64,000 nt of DNA from Promethearchaeota archaeon (GCA_048939995.1 JBHLOY010000003.1:96001-160000); one strand, 5' to 3'. Shown: positions 20,076 to 30,720, counted from the first letter of the stretch. Numbers and translations are program-made. Notes: generated by a model not told the origin, from the sequence alone.

Positions 20076-20615
20076 ATGAATAAAATGTCTAAAAGAACTT
20101 TAAGAAAATCAATGGATTATATTAAAAAGGAATATGTGAGAACACGAACCTTACCAGCGAGTTGGTATTTAACTAGTTATAGATTCAAGTTTAACATTAC
20201 TCACATGAAACCCTTTCTTGATAAATTAAAGCAAAAAAAGCTAATTGGAAATCAATGTTCAAGTTGTAATAAAGTCTATTTCCCACCAAGACAAATCTGT
20301 GGTAAATGCCTTGTGAAACCAGATAGATGGATTGATTTGCGTGAAACCGGAAGGATTGCTTCTTTTACAGCAACCTACTTAAAAGACTCTGAAACTGGTG
20401 AAGTGATCGAAAGACCTATTGTGTGTGCTCAATTAGATGGTGCTGATACTTCATATCCAGCACAATTAGATTCTAGTATTGAATTTAAGGACACTTATAT
20501 TGGTATGCCTATAAAGGTTCATTGGGCAGAAGATATCAAGGGAGGAATGATGGATATCGAATATTATGATCCTATCGAAGATGATGCTAAAGATTTAATA
20601 TCTAAAGGAGAATAA
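20076..20615 (+). CDS. DUF35 Zn-ribbon/OB-fold protein
   Basis: CSSC.KVYFPPR.ICGKC and IGMPIKVHW motifs. Confidence 0.9.
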   Translation: MNKMSKRTLRKSMDYIKKEYVRTRTLPASWYLTSYRFKFNITHMKPFLDKLKQKKLIGNQCSSCNKVYFPPRQICGKCLVKPDRWIDLRETGRIASFTATYLKDSETGEVIERPIVCAQLDGADTSYPAQLDSSIEFKDTYIGMPIKVHWAEDIKGGMMDIEYYDPIEDDAKDLISKGE

Positions 20616-20641
20616 CATAATCTATTTATTAAAATTTTTAT

Positions 20642-22354
20642 TTATTCCAAGATTATTCCCTCTAGTGGGTTTAACCTTAGTTTTTTCTTATAATTATTTG
20701 AGTCTAGAACAATTCGATTAACTAAAGTCGAAAATAATAATTTATCTTGCTTTGGACAATCTATCATTATAGCTTTTTTAGAAAAATTCAGATAAACTAT
20801 TACTTGATCCCCATCAATAAATCTACGATAAGCTAAATATTTATTCTTTAATTTATTAACATTTAAGAATTCAAATGATCCTTCCGATAATGATCTTTTT
20901 TCTCTACGTATTTTCAATAATTTCCTATAAGTATTAAAAAGTGAGTCGGGATTCCCTACCTCCTGTTCAACGTTAATTAATTTATATGAGTCCGGTATTC
21001 TTAACCATGGTTTTATTATCCCATTTACACTAAAACCGGCATTTGGTTCAGGGTTCCATTGCATAGGCGTTCGGCATCTATCACGTGTCAGTGAAAATCC
21101 AAGAATTCGTGCTAGAAAAGAGATAGGAAAAACTGAAAATTTATTAGCTATTGGATCTTGACTTTCTTCTAATTTAAAATAAACATTTGACATCCCTATT
21201 TCTTCTCCATAATAGATAAATGGTATTCCCCTTAGAGTGAGTTGTAAGGTCGCCAATAATTTAGCTTTTTGAATATCACCGTTTACGAGGGAAATATATC
21301 GGTCTCTATCATGATTTCCATATACGTAGGTTGGTGTAAAAGGAGGTGATAATGCTTTTTCTATTCTAGAAATTATCCTTCTAATTTTTTTTGGATTAAA
21401 AGATGGTATTGTAGAGGTAAACTCGAATAAGAAAACTGTGTGTAATCCATTATTCTTTGGACCATAATATTTTGCTAATTCTTCAATAGTCCCAAAAGCC
21501 TCGCCCACTAAAAATCTTTCTGGCTTATATTCGTCCATTATACTTCTTAAATCCATTGCAAAATCAAATGTTTCAGGAAGATTTAAATCATATTGATGTC
21601 GGTGAAATAAGGTATCAACATGAGTATCGGAAGGTAGTAATCGCCAACTCAACTTATCATTCCTTAATTGCTTATCTTCGAAAATTGAATGTAAAATGTC
21701 CAATCTAAACCCATCTACTCCTTTATCAAGCCAAAAACGCATTGTTTTAAACATTTCTTCCTTAACTTGTGGATTTCGGTAATTTAAATCTGGTTGGAAG
21801 GGTAAGAAATGAAAATAATACCATTGATCGGTTTTTTCATCATATTTCCATGCAGATCCTCCTATCATAGATTTCCAGTTATTTGGAGGTTTTTTTCCAT
21901 TAGGTTTTTTACCATCACGCCAGATATACCAATCCCGCTTTGGATTATCTTTGCTAGAAGCTGATTCTTTAAACCATAAATGTTTATTTGAAGTGTGATT
22001 AAGTACAAGATCTAAAACCATTCTCATATTTTTACTATGCATTTTCGAAAGTAGCTCGTTAAACTCTTTCATGGATCCATATATTGGATCTATAGAGCGG
22101 AAATCTGAAACATCATAACCGTGATCAGCTTGAGGAGATTCGAAAAAAGGGCTAAACCAAATAGTTTCAACTCCAAGATCTTCATTTAAGTAATCCAATT
22201 TCTCTATTATTCCTTTTAGATCTCCTATACCATTACCAGATGTATCTCTAAAACTTCTAGGATAAATTTGATACACGACTGTTTTTTGCCACCATTTTAA
22301 TTTATCCCCATTCATAGATATTTCAATAATTAAAACCATAAAATCTTTTTTCAT
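20642..22354 (-). CDS. GH13 alpha-glucosidase / oligo-1,6-glucosidase
   Basis: YQIYPRSF, DLVLNHTS, QPDLNY, GVDGFRLD, GNHD, YYGEEIGM and RD.CRTPMQW motifs. The true start is probably at M-N-G-D-K. Confidence 0.94.
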   Translation of the reverse strand: MKKDFMVLIIEISMNGDKLKWWQKTVVYQIYPRSFRDTSGNGIGDLKGIIEKLDYLNEDLGVETIWFSPFFESPQADHGYDVSDFRSIDPIYGSMKEFNELLSKMHSKNMRMVLDLVLNHTSNKHLWFKESASSKDNPKRDWYIWRDGKKPNGKKPPNNWKSMIGGSAWKYDEKTDQWYYFHFLPFQPDLNYRNPQVKEEMFKTMRFWLDKGVDGFRLDILHSIFEDKQLRNDKLSWRLLPSDTHVDTLFHRHQYDLNLPETFDFAMDLRSIMDEYKPERFLVGEAFGTIEELAKYYGPKNNGLHTVFLFEFTSTIPSFNPKKIRRIISRIEKALSPPFTPTYVYGNHDRDRYISLVNGDIQKAKLLATLQLTLRGIPFIYYGEEIGMSNVYFKLEESQDPIANKFSVFPISFLARILGFSLTRDRCRTPMQWNPEPNAGFSVNGIIKPWLRIPDSYKLINVEQEVGNPDSLFNTYRKLLKIRREKRSLSEGSFEFLNVNKLKNKYLAYRRFIDGDQVIVYLNFSKKAIMIDCPKQDKLLFSTLVNRIVLDSNNYKKKLRLNPLEGIILE

Positions 22355-22420
22355 TAATATGAGATGTAATCTATAATTTTGGGAAAAGTATAAATTACTT
22401 TTAATTAATTAATATAAATT

Positions 22421-22942
22421 ATGGAATCAATGATTGAATTTATCAAATCAAGAAAGAGCGTAAGAAATTTTATATATCAAAAGATTGATAATGATACCAT
22501 AAAAGAACTTATAGAATGTGGACGTTGGGCACCTTCAGGCCAAAATAACCAACCTTGGAAAGTTTGTATTGTTGTCCATCCTACTGTTAAAAGAATGATT
22601 GCTGAACAATCTCAAAATGGAGGTATTATAGAAAGCGCATATGTAAATTTCGTTATTTTTTTAGATCTTGAACGTTGTTATGATCGGACAAAGGATCTTC
22701 AGTCTATTGGTGCCTTTATCCAAAATATTCTCTTAGCTGCTCATGCTAAAGGATTAGGGGCTGTATGGATAGGGGAGATATTAAAGAATAAGGAAAAAAT
22801 AAATGAAATTTTTAAATTAGCAATAGATAAATTTGAGCTTATGTGTGTAATCGCATTAGGGGTTATTGATGAAGCAATGGAGGCAAAACGTAAAGAAGAG
22901 AGAAAAAGAAGATTAATCGATAGCTTCATAGATTGGTACTAA
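22421..22942 (+). CDS. Nitroreductase-family protein
   Basis: RKSVRNF, WAPSGQNNQPW and QNILLAAHAKGLGAVW motifs. Confidence 0.92.
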   Translation: MESMIEFIKSRKSVRNFIYQKIDNDTIKELIECGRWAPSGQNNQPWKVCIVVHPTVKRMIAEQSQNGGIIESAYVNFVIFLDLERCYDRTKDLQSIGAFIQNILLAAHAKGLGAVWIGEILKNKEKINEIFKLAIDKFELMCVIALGVIDEAMEAKRKEERKRRLIDSFIDWY

Positions 22943-23097
22943 TCTAGAGTTATTATTTCGTATCTCTTTGATTTAAGTATTAAAATCTGTATTGATTTTA
23001 CTTTTGTTAATAAGTACTACACCATTTAATTTTCCTATAGCTATTAAAAAGTTAAATTAGATAGCCCTTTTAATCAATAATCTAATTTTGAAGAATT

Positions 23098-24375
23098 ATG
23101 AAAAAAGAAGAGCGATATACACATGATTTTAATAATATGATTAAAATCGTAATTTTTAATAGTTTTGGGTTCTTTTTCTTAGAATTTATAATTCCTTTTT
23201 ACGTTAGTCAAGTATTAGGAGCAACAAATATAGAATTAGGGATTATTTTCTCCATGAATCTTGTTGGTCATATAATAAGTTCTTCTTTTACTGGTATTTT
23301 AACCGATAGATTGAAATCAAAAACAAGACTAATTTTACTCGGTTCCTTTGGACGAGGTATCGCATATTTTTGGCTTTATGGAGCATTCATTTTAAATTCT
23401 CTTTTAGGTATAATGCTGGGAAACTTTTTTATTGGCTTTTTTGTTGGGTTTTTTTGGATACCTTTTGATACCTTAATAGCTGAAAAATCGAACAAAAATA
23501 ACCGCGCTAATGCATATGGGAAAAGAAATTCAGCAATAGGTATAGGGATGTTAATAGGTTCCTTAATAGGTTTTCCCATTTTTAGTTATCTAATTTCCAT
23601 TTCATCAAATGCATCTTTAATTTATATTCCTATTGTGTTTTTCGGGATTTCAAACTTCTATGCTGGAATTCAATTTATTAGAAAAGTTAATGAATCAATC
23701 AAATTCAGTAATTTTGGATTTGAATTTTCTAATAATGATAATATAAGAAGAGCTCCTAATTCATCAAGAAGTTTTCTATTTGGTCTAGTATTCATATCAT
23801 TAGTTCTATTCTTAGCCAATATTAATGGATCTCTCGCAAAACCGTTCTTAAATGTTTATCTTTTAGAAAATATTGTTAACGACCCTACGATTGCTGTTTG
23901 GGTGTATTTACCACCTGGGATAATATCAATGCTTTTAGCTCCTAAATTAGGAAATCTTGTTGATCGCTTGAAACCATCAATAGGAATTAGTGTTGCTAGC
24001 GCTTTAGGGGCCGGAATTACCTGGTTATTGATAAATACCAATAATGTTTTTCTCTTTTCTCTCCTTTTAGTTTTTGACATGACAATTGTGCATACTGCAA
24101 ACTTAGTTATACAAAACCTGTTAAGTAGAATATCTTTAAAGCATCGCGGGAAGATCTTTAGTTTATTTCGAGTATTTTTGAACGTAGGAAATGTAATTGG
24201 ACCCATATTGGGTGGTTTTGTATCGTTTTATGTAGGATTGAAATCCCCATTCATAATTTCAATTATAGTTGAATTGTGCTTAATACCTTTTTATGTCATT
24301 ACTTTGCTTGTTTTAAAACCATTTTTAAAAGAAAAGTATGAAAAAATCAAGGAATTTCATGAAGAGTTAGTCTAA
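23098..24375 (+). CDS. MFS transporter
   Basis: About 12 TM segments, with motif A GILTDRL and GNLVDRL. Confidence 0.9.
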   Translation: MKKEERYTHDFNNMIKIVIFNSFGFFFLEFIIPFYVSQVLGATNIELGIIFSMNLVGHIISSSFTGILTDRLKSKTRLILLGSFGRGIAYFWLYGAFILNSLLGIMLGNFFIGFFVGFFWIPFDTLIAEKSNKNNRANAYGKRNSAIGIGMLIGSLIGFPIFSYLISISSNASLIYIPIVFFGISNFYAGIQFIRKVNESIKFSNFGFEFSNNDNIRRAPNSSRSFLFGLVFISLVLFLANINGSLAKPFLNVYLLENIVNDPTIAVWVYLPPGIISMLLAPKLGNLVDRLKPSIGISVASALGAGITWLLINTNNVFLFSLLLVFDMTIVHTANLVIQNLLSRISLKHRGKIFSLFRVFLNVGNVIGPILGGFVSFYVGLKSPFIISIIVELCLIPFYVITLLVLKPFLKEKYEKIKEFHEELV

Positions 24376-24396
24376 TATCATAATCTTAATTATAAA

Positions 24397-25050
24397 TTAT
24401 AAATATAACCAAAAATGGAAAATCCTGGAAAAAATCGGGCCAATCCAATAGTAGAATTCAACCCAATAAATGTAAGTAAATCCCAGATATATTATAGCAT
24501 ATATAAACGCAAAGATAAAACCAAAAATTACATCTACAGGGAAATGAACTCCTAATACTAATCGTGAAATTGCCATTATAATATCTAAACTAAAAAAAAC
24601 TAAAAAAATGAACCAATTATTGAAATACCAAGCAAATATTATTCCAAAAAATAAGAAAAAAGTCACATGACCACTTGGAAAAGATTTCTGCTCAGATTCT
24701 GACATAAGATAAGGAATTCGAATAAATTCATCATGTTTTTTAACACCCTTACTTTCAAGAGTGATATAAGGTCGCTTTCTTCTTACTAAGCGGTATCGAA
24801 TTATGCTATGGATTATAATTGATTGGTCAAAGCCTCCCGTGAAAATCACTAAAAGATAATAATCCTTTGTTATGTAACCATAGATGAACCATGCTATCCA
24901 GATTACACCCCAGAAATATAAACTTCCGCAAAAACTATAAATTTTAGCAAAAGCTTTGGTTCGTTTGCTAAAATCACTATTATATAAGTTTAGAAAAACC
25001 TTAGTATCCCAATTCTCAAGTTTTTCTATATATTCTGAAATAATTGACAT
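24397..25050 (-). CDS. PAP2-family membrane phosphatase
   Basis: R.RP, SFPSGH and SRLVLGVHFPVDV motifs. Confidence 0.92.
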   Translation of the reverse strand: MSIISEYIEKLENWDTKVFLNLYNSDFSKRTKAFAKIYSFCGSLYFWGVIWIAWFIYGYITKDYYLLVIFTGGFDQSIIIHSIIRYRLVRRKRPYITLESKGVKKHDEFIRIPYLMSESEQKSFPSGHVTFFLFFGIIFAWYFNNWFIFLVFFSLDIIMAISRLVLGVHFPVDVIFGFIFAFIYAIIYLGFTYIYWVEFYYWIGPIFSRIFHFWLYL

Positions 25051-25215
25051 AGCTTTGAATGGTCTTTGGATGATTTAACTTTATAAATTGAGCTATTAAA
25101 ATTTTATCCTACAATTAATAATTTTGATACTTTTAATCATCTTTATAGAAGTATCGATTATATATTTAAAAAACAATGCTTTAATCTAGAATATTAAAAA
25201 TATTATATATTCAAA

Positions 25216-25737
25216 GTGAAGATTATGAATGATTATAATTATGCTGGATTCTCTGAAGAACATCTACGCAGAATTGCCTTAAGAAAGGTACATTTTAGGA
25301 TGTCAGTAAAGATACATGTAGGAATTTTTATTGTAATTTCAACTTTAATGTTAATAATAAATTTGCTATTGACTCCAATGACATTTTGGATAATTTATCC
25401 TTTCTTTGCATGGTTAATCGGTGTTGCGGAACATATCACAGCTTATCTAATCTATGCTAAAGGGATATATCCCGGAGCTAAACAAGGTATTATACTGCAT
25501 CTTGTTGCGTATTTTTTCGTGCAATTACTTCTTCTTATTATAAATATTATGGTAACCCCTTTTTTTTATTGGGTTTTATTTCCAGCTATTTTTTGGGGTA
25601 CAGGATTGGCAATTCATTTATTATCCTATTTAACTTTCCAACGGTCTTCCAGTGATGAAGAAGGAGAACTAAAATCAAGAACTCAGCGTGCAGTCGAAAA
25701 AGAAATGGAAAAAATTAGAAAAAAAATGAATAACTAG
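25216..25737 (+). CDS. Tandem 2TM-domain membrane protein
   Basis: Two repeats of H....F.....L..IN......W..YP...W..G...H, and a C-terminal VEKEMEK. Confidence 0.8.
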   Translation: MKIMNDYNYAGFSEEHLRRIALRKVHFRMSVKIHVGIFIVISTLMLIINLLLTPMTFWIIYPFFAWLIGVAEHITAYLIYAKGIYPGAKQGIILHLVAYFFVQLLLLIINIMVTPFFYWVLFPAIFWGTGLAIHLLSYLTFQRSSSDEEGELKSRTQRAVEKEMEKIRKKMNN

Positions 25738-25753
25738 GAGTGTTGGTAAGTTA

Positions 25754-26269
25754 ATGTGGCTTGGTAAGTTTTTAGATTTAGAGGAAGACTTAAACGACTT
25801 AAAGAATAAAATAAAGAATGAAATTATGGAGAGTATAACAAAAAATAAAATCACCCCTCTTGAATTTACTATTATGGAAGCAATATTTAATAATAAAGAA
25901 TTATCAGGTTATGATATTATCCTAAATCTAAATAAACACTTTGCTGGTACGTGGATAGCTCAATCAGGAACAATTTATCCTATCTTATCCAAATTAAAGA
26001 AAGAAGGTTTTCTAAAATCTAGACCTATGAAAAGTCCAATTGGTCCTGTTAAGACAGTTTATTCATTAACAGAAGCAGGAGCACAAATCTTAAAAGAAAA
26101 GGTTAATAAGAACTTTGAGGATCAAATTAAATTCATTGAAAATTTTCTTGTTGAGTTATCTTCTATCTATATCCACTCCTACTCGAAAACTGAAAGAACT
26201 ATAAGAATTGAGGAAGTGCATAATATCTTAACTCAAACATTTGAAAGAATAAAAAAAAATATCCTTTAA
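25754..26269 (+). CDS. PadR-family regulator
   Basis: SGYDI, SGTIYPILSKL and YSLTEAG motifs. Confidence 0.9.
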   Translation: MWLGKFLDLEEDLNDLKNKIKNEIMESITKNKITPLEFTIMEAIFNNKELSGYDIILNLNKHFAGTWIAQSGTIYPILSKLKKEGFLKSRPMKSPIGPVKTVYSLTEAGAQILKEKVNKNFEDQIKFIENFLVELSSIYIHSYSKTERTIRIEEVHNILTQTFERIKKNIL

Positions 26270-26328
26270 CTACCTCTGACTAAAGAAAAGTTTTAAAAAA
26301 TTCAGAATAAAAAGAATAATTAAAAAAA

Positions 26329-26904
26329 TTATAAATCTTTTGAAGTAAATTTAATTAGGACAAACGTAAAAATTACCAAAATTATTCCAGTAACTAAATA
26401 TATTAATCTCCAATAGATCAATCCATAAGAATTAAATATCAAATATGGAATCAATATATTAGCTATAACGATTATTAAGGTAGTTATAATTTTTACTCTA
26501 CTTTCTTGGCCTAAAAATACATTTTTTGATATGAATTTTAAAGTCACTGGAATTGTAAATCCAAATAAGGCCCCGCTTAAAATAGTTATTAAAATGTAAA
26601 TTTCAAGTATGTAGGTTGATGCTAAATAAATAAGTGTAAGACCTGTAATGACTAAACTAAGGAGGACAGTAATGGTATTTGAAAGCTTATCTATAAATCT
26701 AGTACATATCAAAAATATGAAAATAAACACAATGAAGGATATTGAAGTGTATAATGCAATCATACTGACTGGCATAAACCAAGAGTAATAGTATTCGGGT
26801 ATATTAAGGGATGCAAATGAAATAAATGAGTAAATTGGTCCTAAAAGTACACTAAATGATATAAGCAGTTTGAAAACAAAATAATAAATATTTTTTTGAT
26901 TCAT
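26329..26904 (-). CDS. Hypothetical 6-TM protein (half-MFS-like)
   Basis: Six hydrophobic segments, with RFIDKL and YWRLIYLVTG MFS-like motifs. Confidence 0.6.
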   Translation of the reverse strand: MNQKNIYYFVFKLLISFSVLLGPIYSFISFASLNIPEYYYSWFMPVSMIALYTSISFIVFIFIFLICTRFIDKLSNTITVLLSLVITGLTLIYLASTYILEIYILITILSGALFGFTIPVTLKFISKNVFLGQESRVKIITTLIIVIANILIPYLIFNSYGLIYWRLIYLVTGIILVIFTFVLIKFTSKDL

Positions 26905-27009
26905 AGAAATTATTTATATTGAATTCTTTAAATTTTTTTTGAAAATGTGAATACACATAAAGTGTATTCACTAGTAAAAGTTTATAAAGTTTTTAATATA
27001 CAAATTATT

Positions 27010-29082
27010 ATGTCTAATAGATTAACTTTAAGAATTTCTGTAATCTTATTAGCTCTTGGTATTGGTTTAATACCACCAGCATATTTAATCAGTGGATACA
27101 TGCGAGATCAAGTTGATGCTGAGATTCCTAGCACTTTTTTAACAATTAGACAAGGATTTGCTAACTATTTAGAAGCAAACTTTATCGGTCTTGGAATACC
27201 AGATGTATTAAATGAAATTAGAATGTCCAACACAAGAATTCCTTCCCTTGAGAGGCTGACAATCTATGATTTCTTATATATGGTCGACACGATTCCGCAT
27301 TTTCTGCAAGAGATAAAAAATAATATGATAGAAAAGTTCCCATCGATGATTAACGGATCTCGAACTGCTCAATTTATAAATAACACTATATTTGCTGTAA
27401 TGAATGAAACTGCATTATCAGAAGGACAAGTGAGAGTTTTATTCTTTAATGACTACTTATTTGAAGATAATCATGAAAATGCTTCAATAGAGGGCATTTC
27501 GGAATATGGATTAGGCATTGCTTCTCTCAACTACTCAACACTAGCTCGAACTAGAATATTAGATGGTTATGGTATTTATCCAGGTTTACTTACAGATATA
27601 ATTTATGGGGGAGGAGTTATAGATTGGTTAGATTTTTATGATTTAGCGGAAGCTAATATTGGTAATAATCGGACTGAAATGGAATCGGCATATAATTGTA
27701 CATGGAGTTCTGGACAATTACAAAACGTATCACAATATATAAGAAATTATATGTGGGATACTATAATTAAAGCTATGTACTTTCCCAAAACAATTGAAAC
27801 ATATGGAATGGAAATGTTTTACGGACAATGGGCAAATTTTAGCTTTTATGAGGATCATGTTAATTTTAGGCCCTTTCTTGATCCATTAACAACAAGTCTT
27901 CGCGGGTTTGAAATAGCACAAATTATAAGTAATAATCCAGTCCCTTCTGGGATTTCTTTAACTGTTTGTGAGAATTTATGGGACGTATCAAACCCATTAT
28001 CATTTGTTAACCAAAGTGGTTTAATAAAATGGTTTCAAGCGTCTAATTCATCGTATGCATTATATGACCAAAGACTTACTGAATTAAATTCAACTTTTGG
28101 ATTAACTCTTGAACAATTTCAGAGTATCACTACTTGGTTATTCGATCTCGAGACGACATGGAGTCTAAGATTTGTTGTTATAAGTGTTCTTATTCAATTA
28201 CCTAAACCTTTTGGCTTTCAAACATTTCCAATAGTTCATAGAGACAATGTATTTTATGAGCAATGGGCAAATGGTACAGTAGTAAAGGGTGGGCTTAATC
28301 TCAATTTAGCTAGTAACTTAAAAGGATATGAAGCAGGAGTTCCTACTAGAACGAATATCTCAAGAACGATAGCCAAAGCATTCTTCAATGTCAATAACAT
28401 ATCTAGTTTTATGAGTAAAATTGGTATTTTTAAGTGGGTGCAAGCACAACAAGGAAATATATCAGCTCAAAATGAATTAATGAATACATTTGATTTAAGT
28501 ACATCTCAATTGAATTTGCTTCTTAACTGGCTCTTTGTCACATTCAGAGACAATTTGGTTCCTTATTTCGTTTTATCATTAGTAGGAAAAACTTTAAATC
28601 AACTTGCTTTTGACGAATACCCTCGTCAATGGGGTTATGGAACATATAATGAGAGTAGTATAGATCTTACAGATTATGCATCTACAGGATTTAGCTATTT
28701 AGGATGGGAACTCGGCATTCCAACAGACATCACTCTAAATCTCACTCAAACTACTGCTCTATTGGATGTTTCAAATAGTCTATCATTTGCAAATCGCAAA
28801 GGAATATCAAAATGGCTGAGATCAGTGGAAATACAAGAATATTACAATGAAATCATACAAGCTTTCAGTATAACCAACACAGAATATACTCAGATCTATA
28901 ATTATATCATGTATGTAAAAGAAAATTATGTAATCCCATTACTGATTCAAGAATCTATCTTCCAAATGGATCCATATACAATAAGTGAATTGTACCAAAC
29001 AGGAATCCTCATTGGAGCTATAATTATTATTGCTGCTGGTATTATATTTGGTGTCTTAGATTTTCTAAAGAAAAAACGCTAA
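27010..29082 (+). CDS. Large extracellular repeat protein anchored at both termini
   Basis: N- and C-terminal TM helices, three internal QW-containing repeats and many N-x-S/T sequons. ATG at 27010 is preferred over the ORF-track start at 26947. Confidence 0.75.
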   Translation: MSNRLTLRISVILLALGIGLIPPAYLISGYMRDQVDAEIPSTFLTIRQGFANYLEANFIGLGIPDVLNEIRMSNTRIPSLERLTIYDFLYMVDTIPHFLQEIKNNMIEKFPSMINGSRTAQFINNTIFAVMNETALSEGQVRVLFFNDYLFEDNHENASIEGISEYGLGIASLNYSTLARTRILDGYGIYPGLLTDIIYGGGVIDWLDFYDLAEANIGNNRTEMESAYNCTWSSGQLQNVSQYIRNYMWDTIIKAMYFPKTIETYGMEMFYGQWANFSFYEDHVNFRPFLDPLTTSLRGFEIAQIISNNPVPSGISLTVCENLWDVSNPLSFVNQSGLIKWFQASNSSYALYDQRLTELNSTFGLTLEQFQSITTWLFDLETTWSLRFVVISVLIQLPKPFGFQTFPIVHRDNVFYEQWANGTVVKGGLNLNLASNLKGYEAGVPTRTNISRTIAKAFFNVNNISSFMSKIGIFKWVQAQQGNISAQNELMNTFDLSTSQLNLLLNWLFVTFRDNLVPYFVLSLVGKTLNQLAFDEYPRQWGYGTYNESSIDLTDYASTGFSYLGWELGIPTDITLNLTQTTALLDVSNSLSFANRKGISKWLRSVEIQEYYNEIIQAFSITNTEYTQIYNYIMYVKENYVIPLLIQESIFQMDPYTISELYQTGILIGAIIIIAAGIIFGVLDFLKKKR

Positions 29083-29145
29083 ATCACCAAAAGAATTGCA
29101 GCTAATTTTTATTTTTTTCAAATTTTAGAATTTAATAAAAAAGAC

Positions 29146-30417
29146 TTAATTTATATTAATATCATACTTTCTAAATACTTTCTCAAGTGCTTCACTTGCT
29201 AATTCTCTCAATACATTTCCCAGAGGAGCTAAAACCTCATCTTTCGAGGTTCGACGATTTTTACTAATTCGACCCTCCTTTACTTCAAAACTATTTTGTG
29301 CCCAGCTATATTCGTCATTGAATGTAAACCAGACATCCTTATAGGCATTTTCCTGACCTCCATCTCTAGCTAATGGCTTCTCCTCAACTGGAACATCAGG
29401 ATCCTGCAAATAGCACCAATCTAGCACAACCCACTCGAGCTTTCTTGGAGATTCCGGCCGATCTGCCAAATATATACAATAAGAATGACCACCTAATTCT
29501 GAATCAGATGGGGCAACAACAGGGTCAGCCATAACCTGAGCAGCACATACTTTTACTCTCCATGATGGAATTCCAGCATTGATTAATAAGCTTGCTATTA
29601 AAATAGAGCCATCTTCACAATCTCCAATTTCAGATTGAATAGTTTCAAATGGAAATTGCCAATATTCCGGACATTCAGAGGTAATATCATCATAAGTATA
29701 TTTAAGAAATTCACTTACAAATTTCTGACATACCCAAGCAGTTTCATTAGGCGTATTTCTTCTCAATTGAAGCTTATATATGACATGTTGGAGAATAGAA
29801 TCATTCTTTTTAATAAATGACTTAACATCAACATCAATTTCTTTCTTATAATGCTCTCCCCTTAAGGCTCTCCCCGTATAAATAATGTGTGCTCTCTCCC
29901 ATTTACTGTTCCAATAATCTTGACCAAATTCACCATAATTTTTTTCTTCAAACGGAATGACTTCAAGAGGTACATTGGGGGTAATAATTTCTGGTGTATC
30001 CTTTTCTTTTTCTTTACTTTTACTTTGTCTAGAGAATGCTTTCGCTTTACTTATCCAACTTTCTATTTCTTTTTGGGAAGGAATTTTCGTTAAAAGATTT
30101 GAATTTTCTTTTTTTAATTGCTTAAGTTTTTCTAATAAACTTTTGGCATTTCTTCCAGCAAACTCTTTAACAGAATCCACACCACTTAAATTTAGAGCGT
30201 TTGCTATTTTAGGATTAATTCCTTCAATACGCATGAGATCAGCATGTTCTTGCCAGGTATCTAACAAGTTTACCGTAACTCCGATTTTTCGAGCCAATTT
30301 TCTAATTTGATTTGGACTAAGTGGTATAAGGTCTTCCACAGTCATAATACCTTCTTTTTTTAGAAGCTTTGCATGTTTTTCTTCTAAAGAAATAATTTCA
30401 ACTAAATTCAATATCAT
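29146..30417 (-). CDS. DUF4332 (HhH) plus transglutaminase-like cysteine-protease domain
   Basis: ADLMRIEGI..GVDSVKE (DUF4332). GDCEDG, GHSY and LDW give a Cys-His-Asp triad. Confidence 0.82.
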   Translation of the reverse strand: MILNLVEIISLEEKHAKLLKKEGIMTVEDLIPLSPNQIRKLARKIGVTVNLLDTWQEHADLMRIEGINPKIANALNLSGVDSVKEFAGRNAKSLLEKLKQLKKENSNLLTKIPSQKEIESWISKAKAFSRQSKSKEKEKDTPEIITPNVPLEVIPFEEKNYGEFGQDYWNSKWERAHIIYTGRALRGEHYKKEIDVDVKSFIKKNDSILQHVIYKLQLRRNTPNETAWVCQKFVSEFLKYTYDDITSECPEYWQFPFETIQSEIGDCEDGSILIASLLINAGIPSWRVKVCAAQVMADPVVAPSDSELGGHSYCIYLADRPESPRKLEWVVLDWCYLQDPDVPVEEKPLARDGGQENAYKDVWFTFNDEYSWAQNSFEVKEGRISKNRRTSKDEVLAPLGNVLRELASEALEKVFRKYDININ

Positions 30418-30720
30418 AACCCTTTCATTTATTTTAATAAAAATTGGTAGAATAATATATAATTTTTTCCAAATTTATATATTCATATATGAAATCACAA
30501 TTAAATGGTTGTCTCAAAAATGGTTTAATTAACTTTTGGACTCCTAATTTAATTATGAAGAAAATTAACTAAACTTAATAAGATTTAATATTTTCTAAAT
30601 ATAAAGATTTAAATTCAAGCTAAAATTTTTCAATATTACTACAAAAGCTTGTAGAAACTTAATATATCTTATGGTTAAATACATCTAACTAAATATCTCA
30701 ATAGAACCGTTTGATTAATA

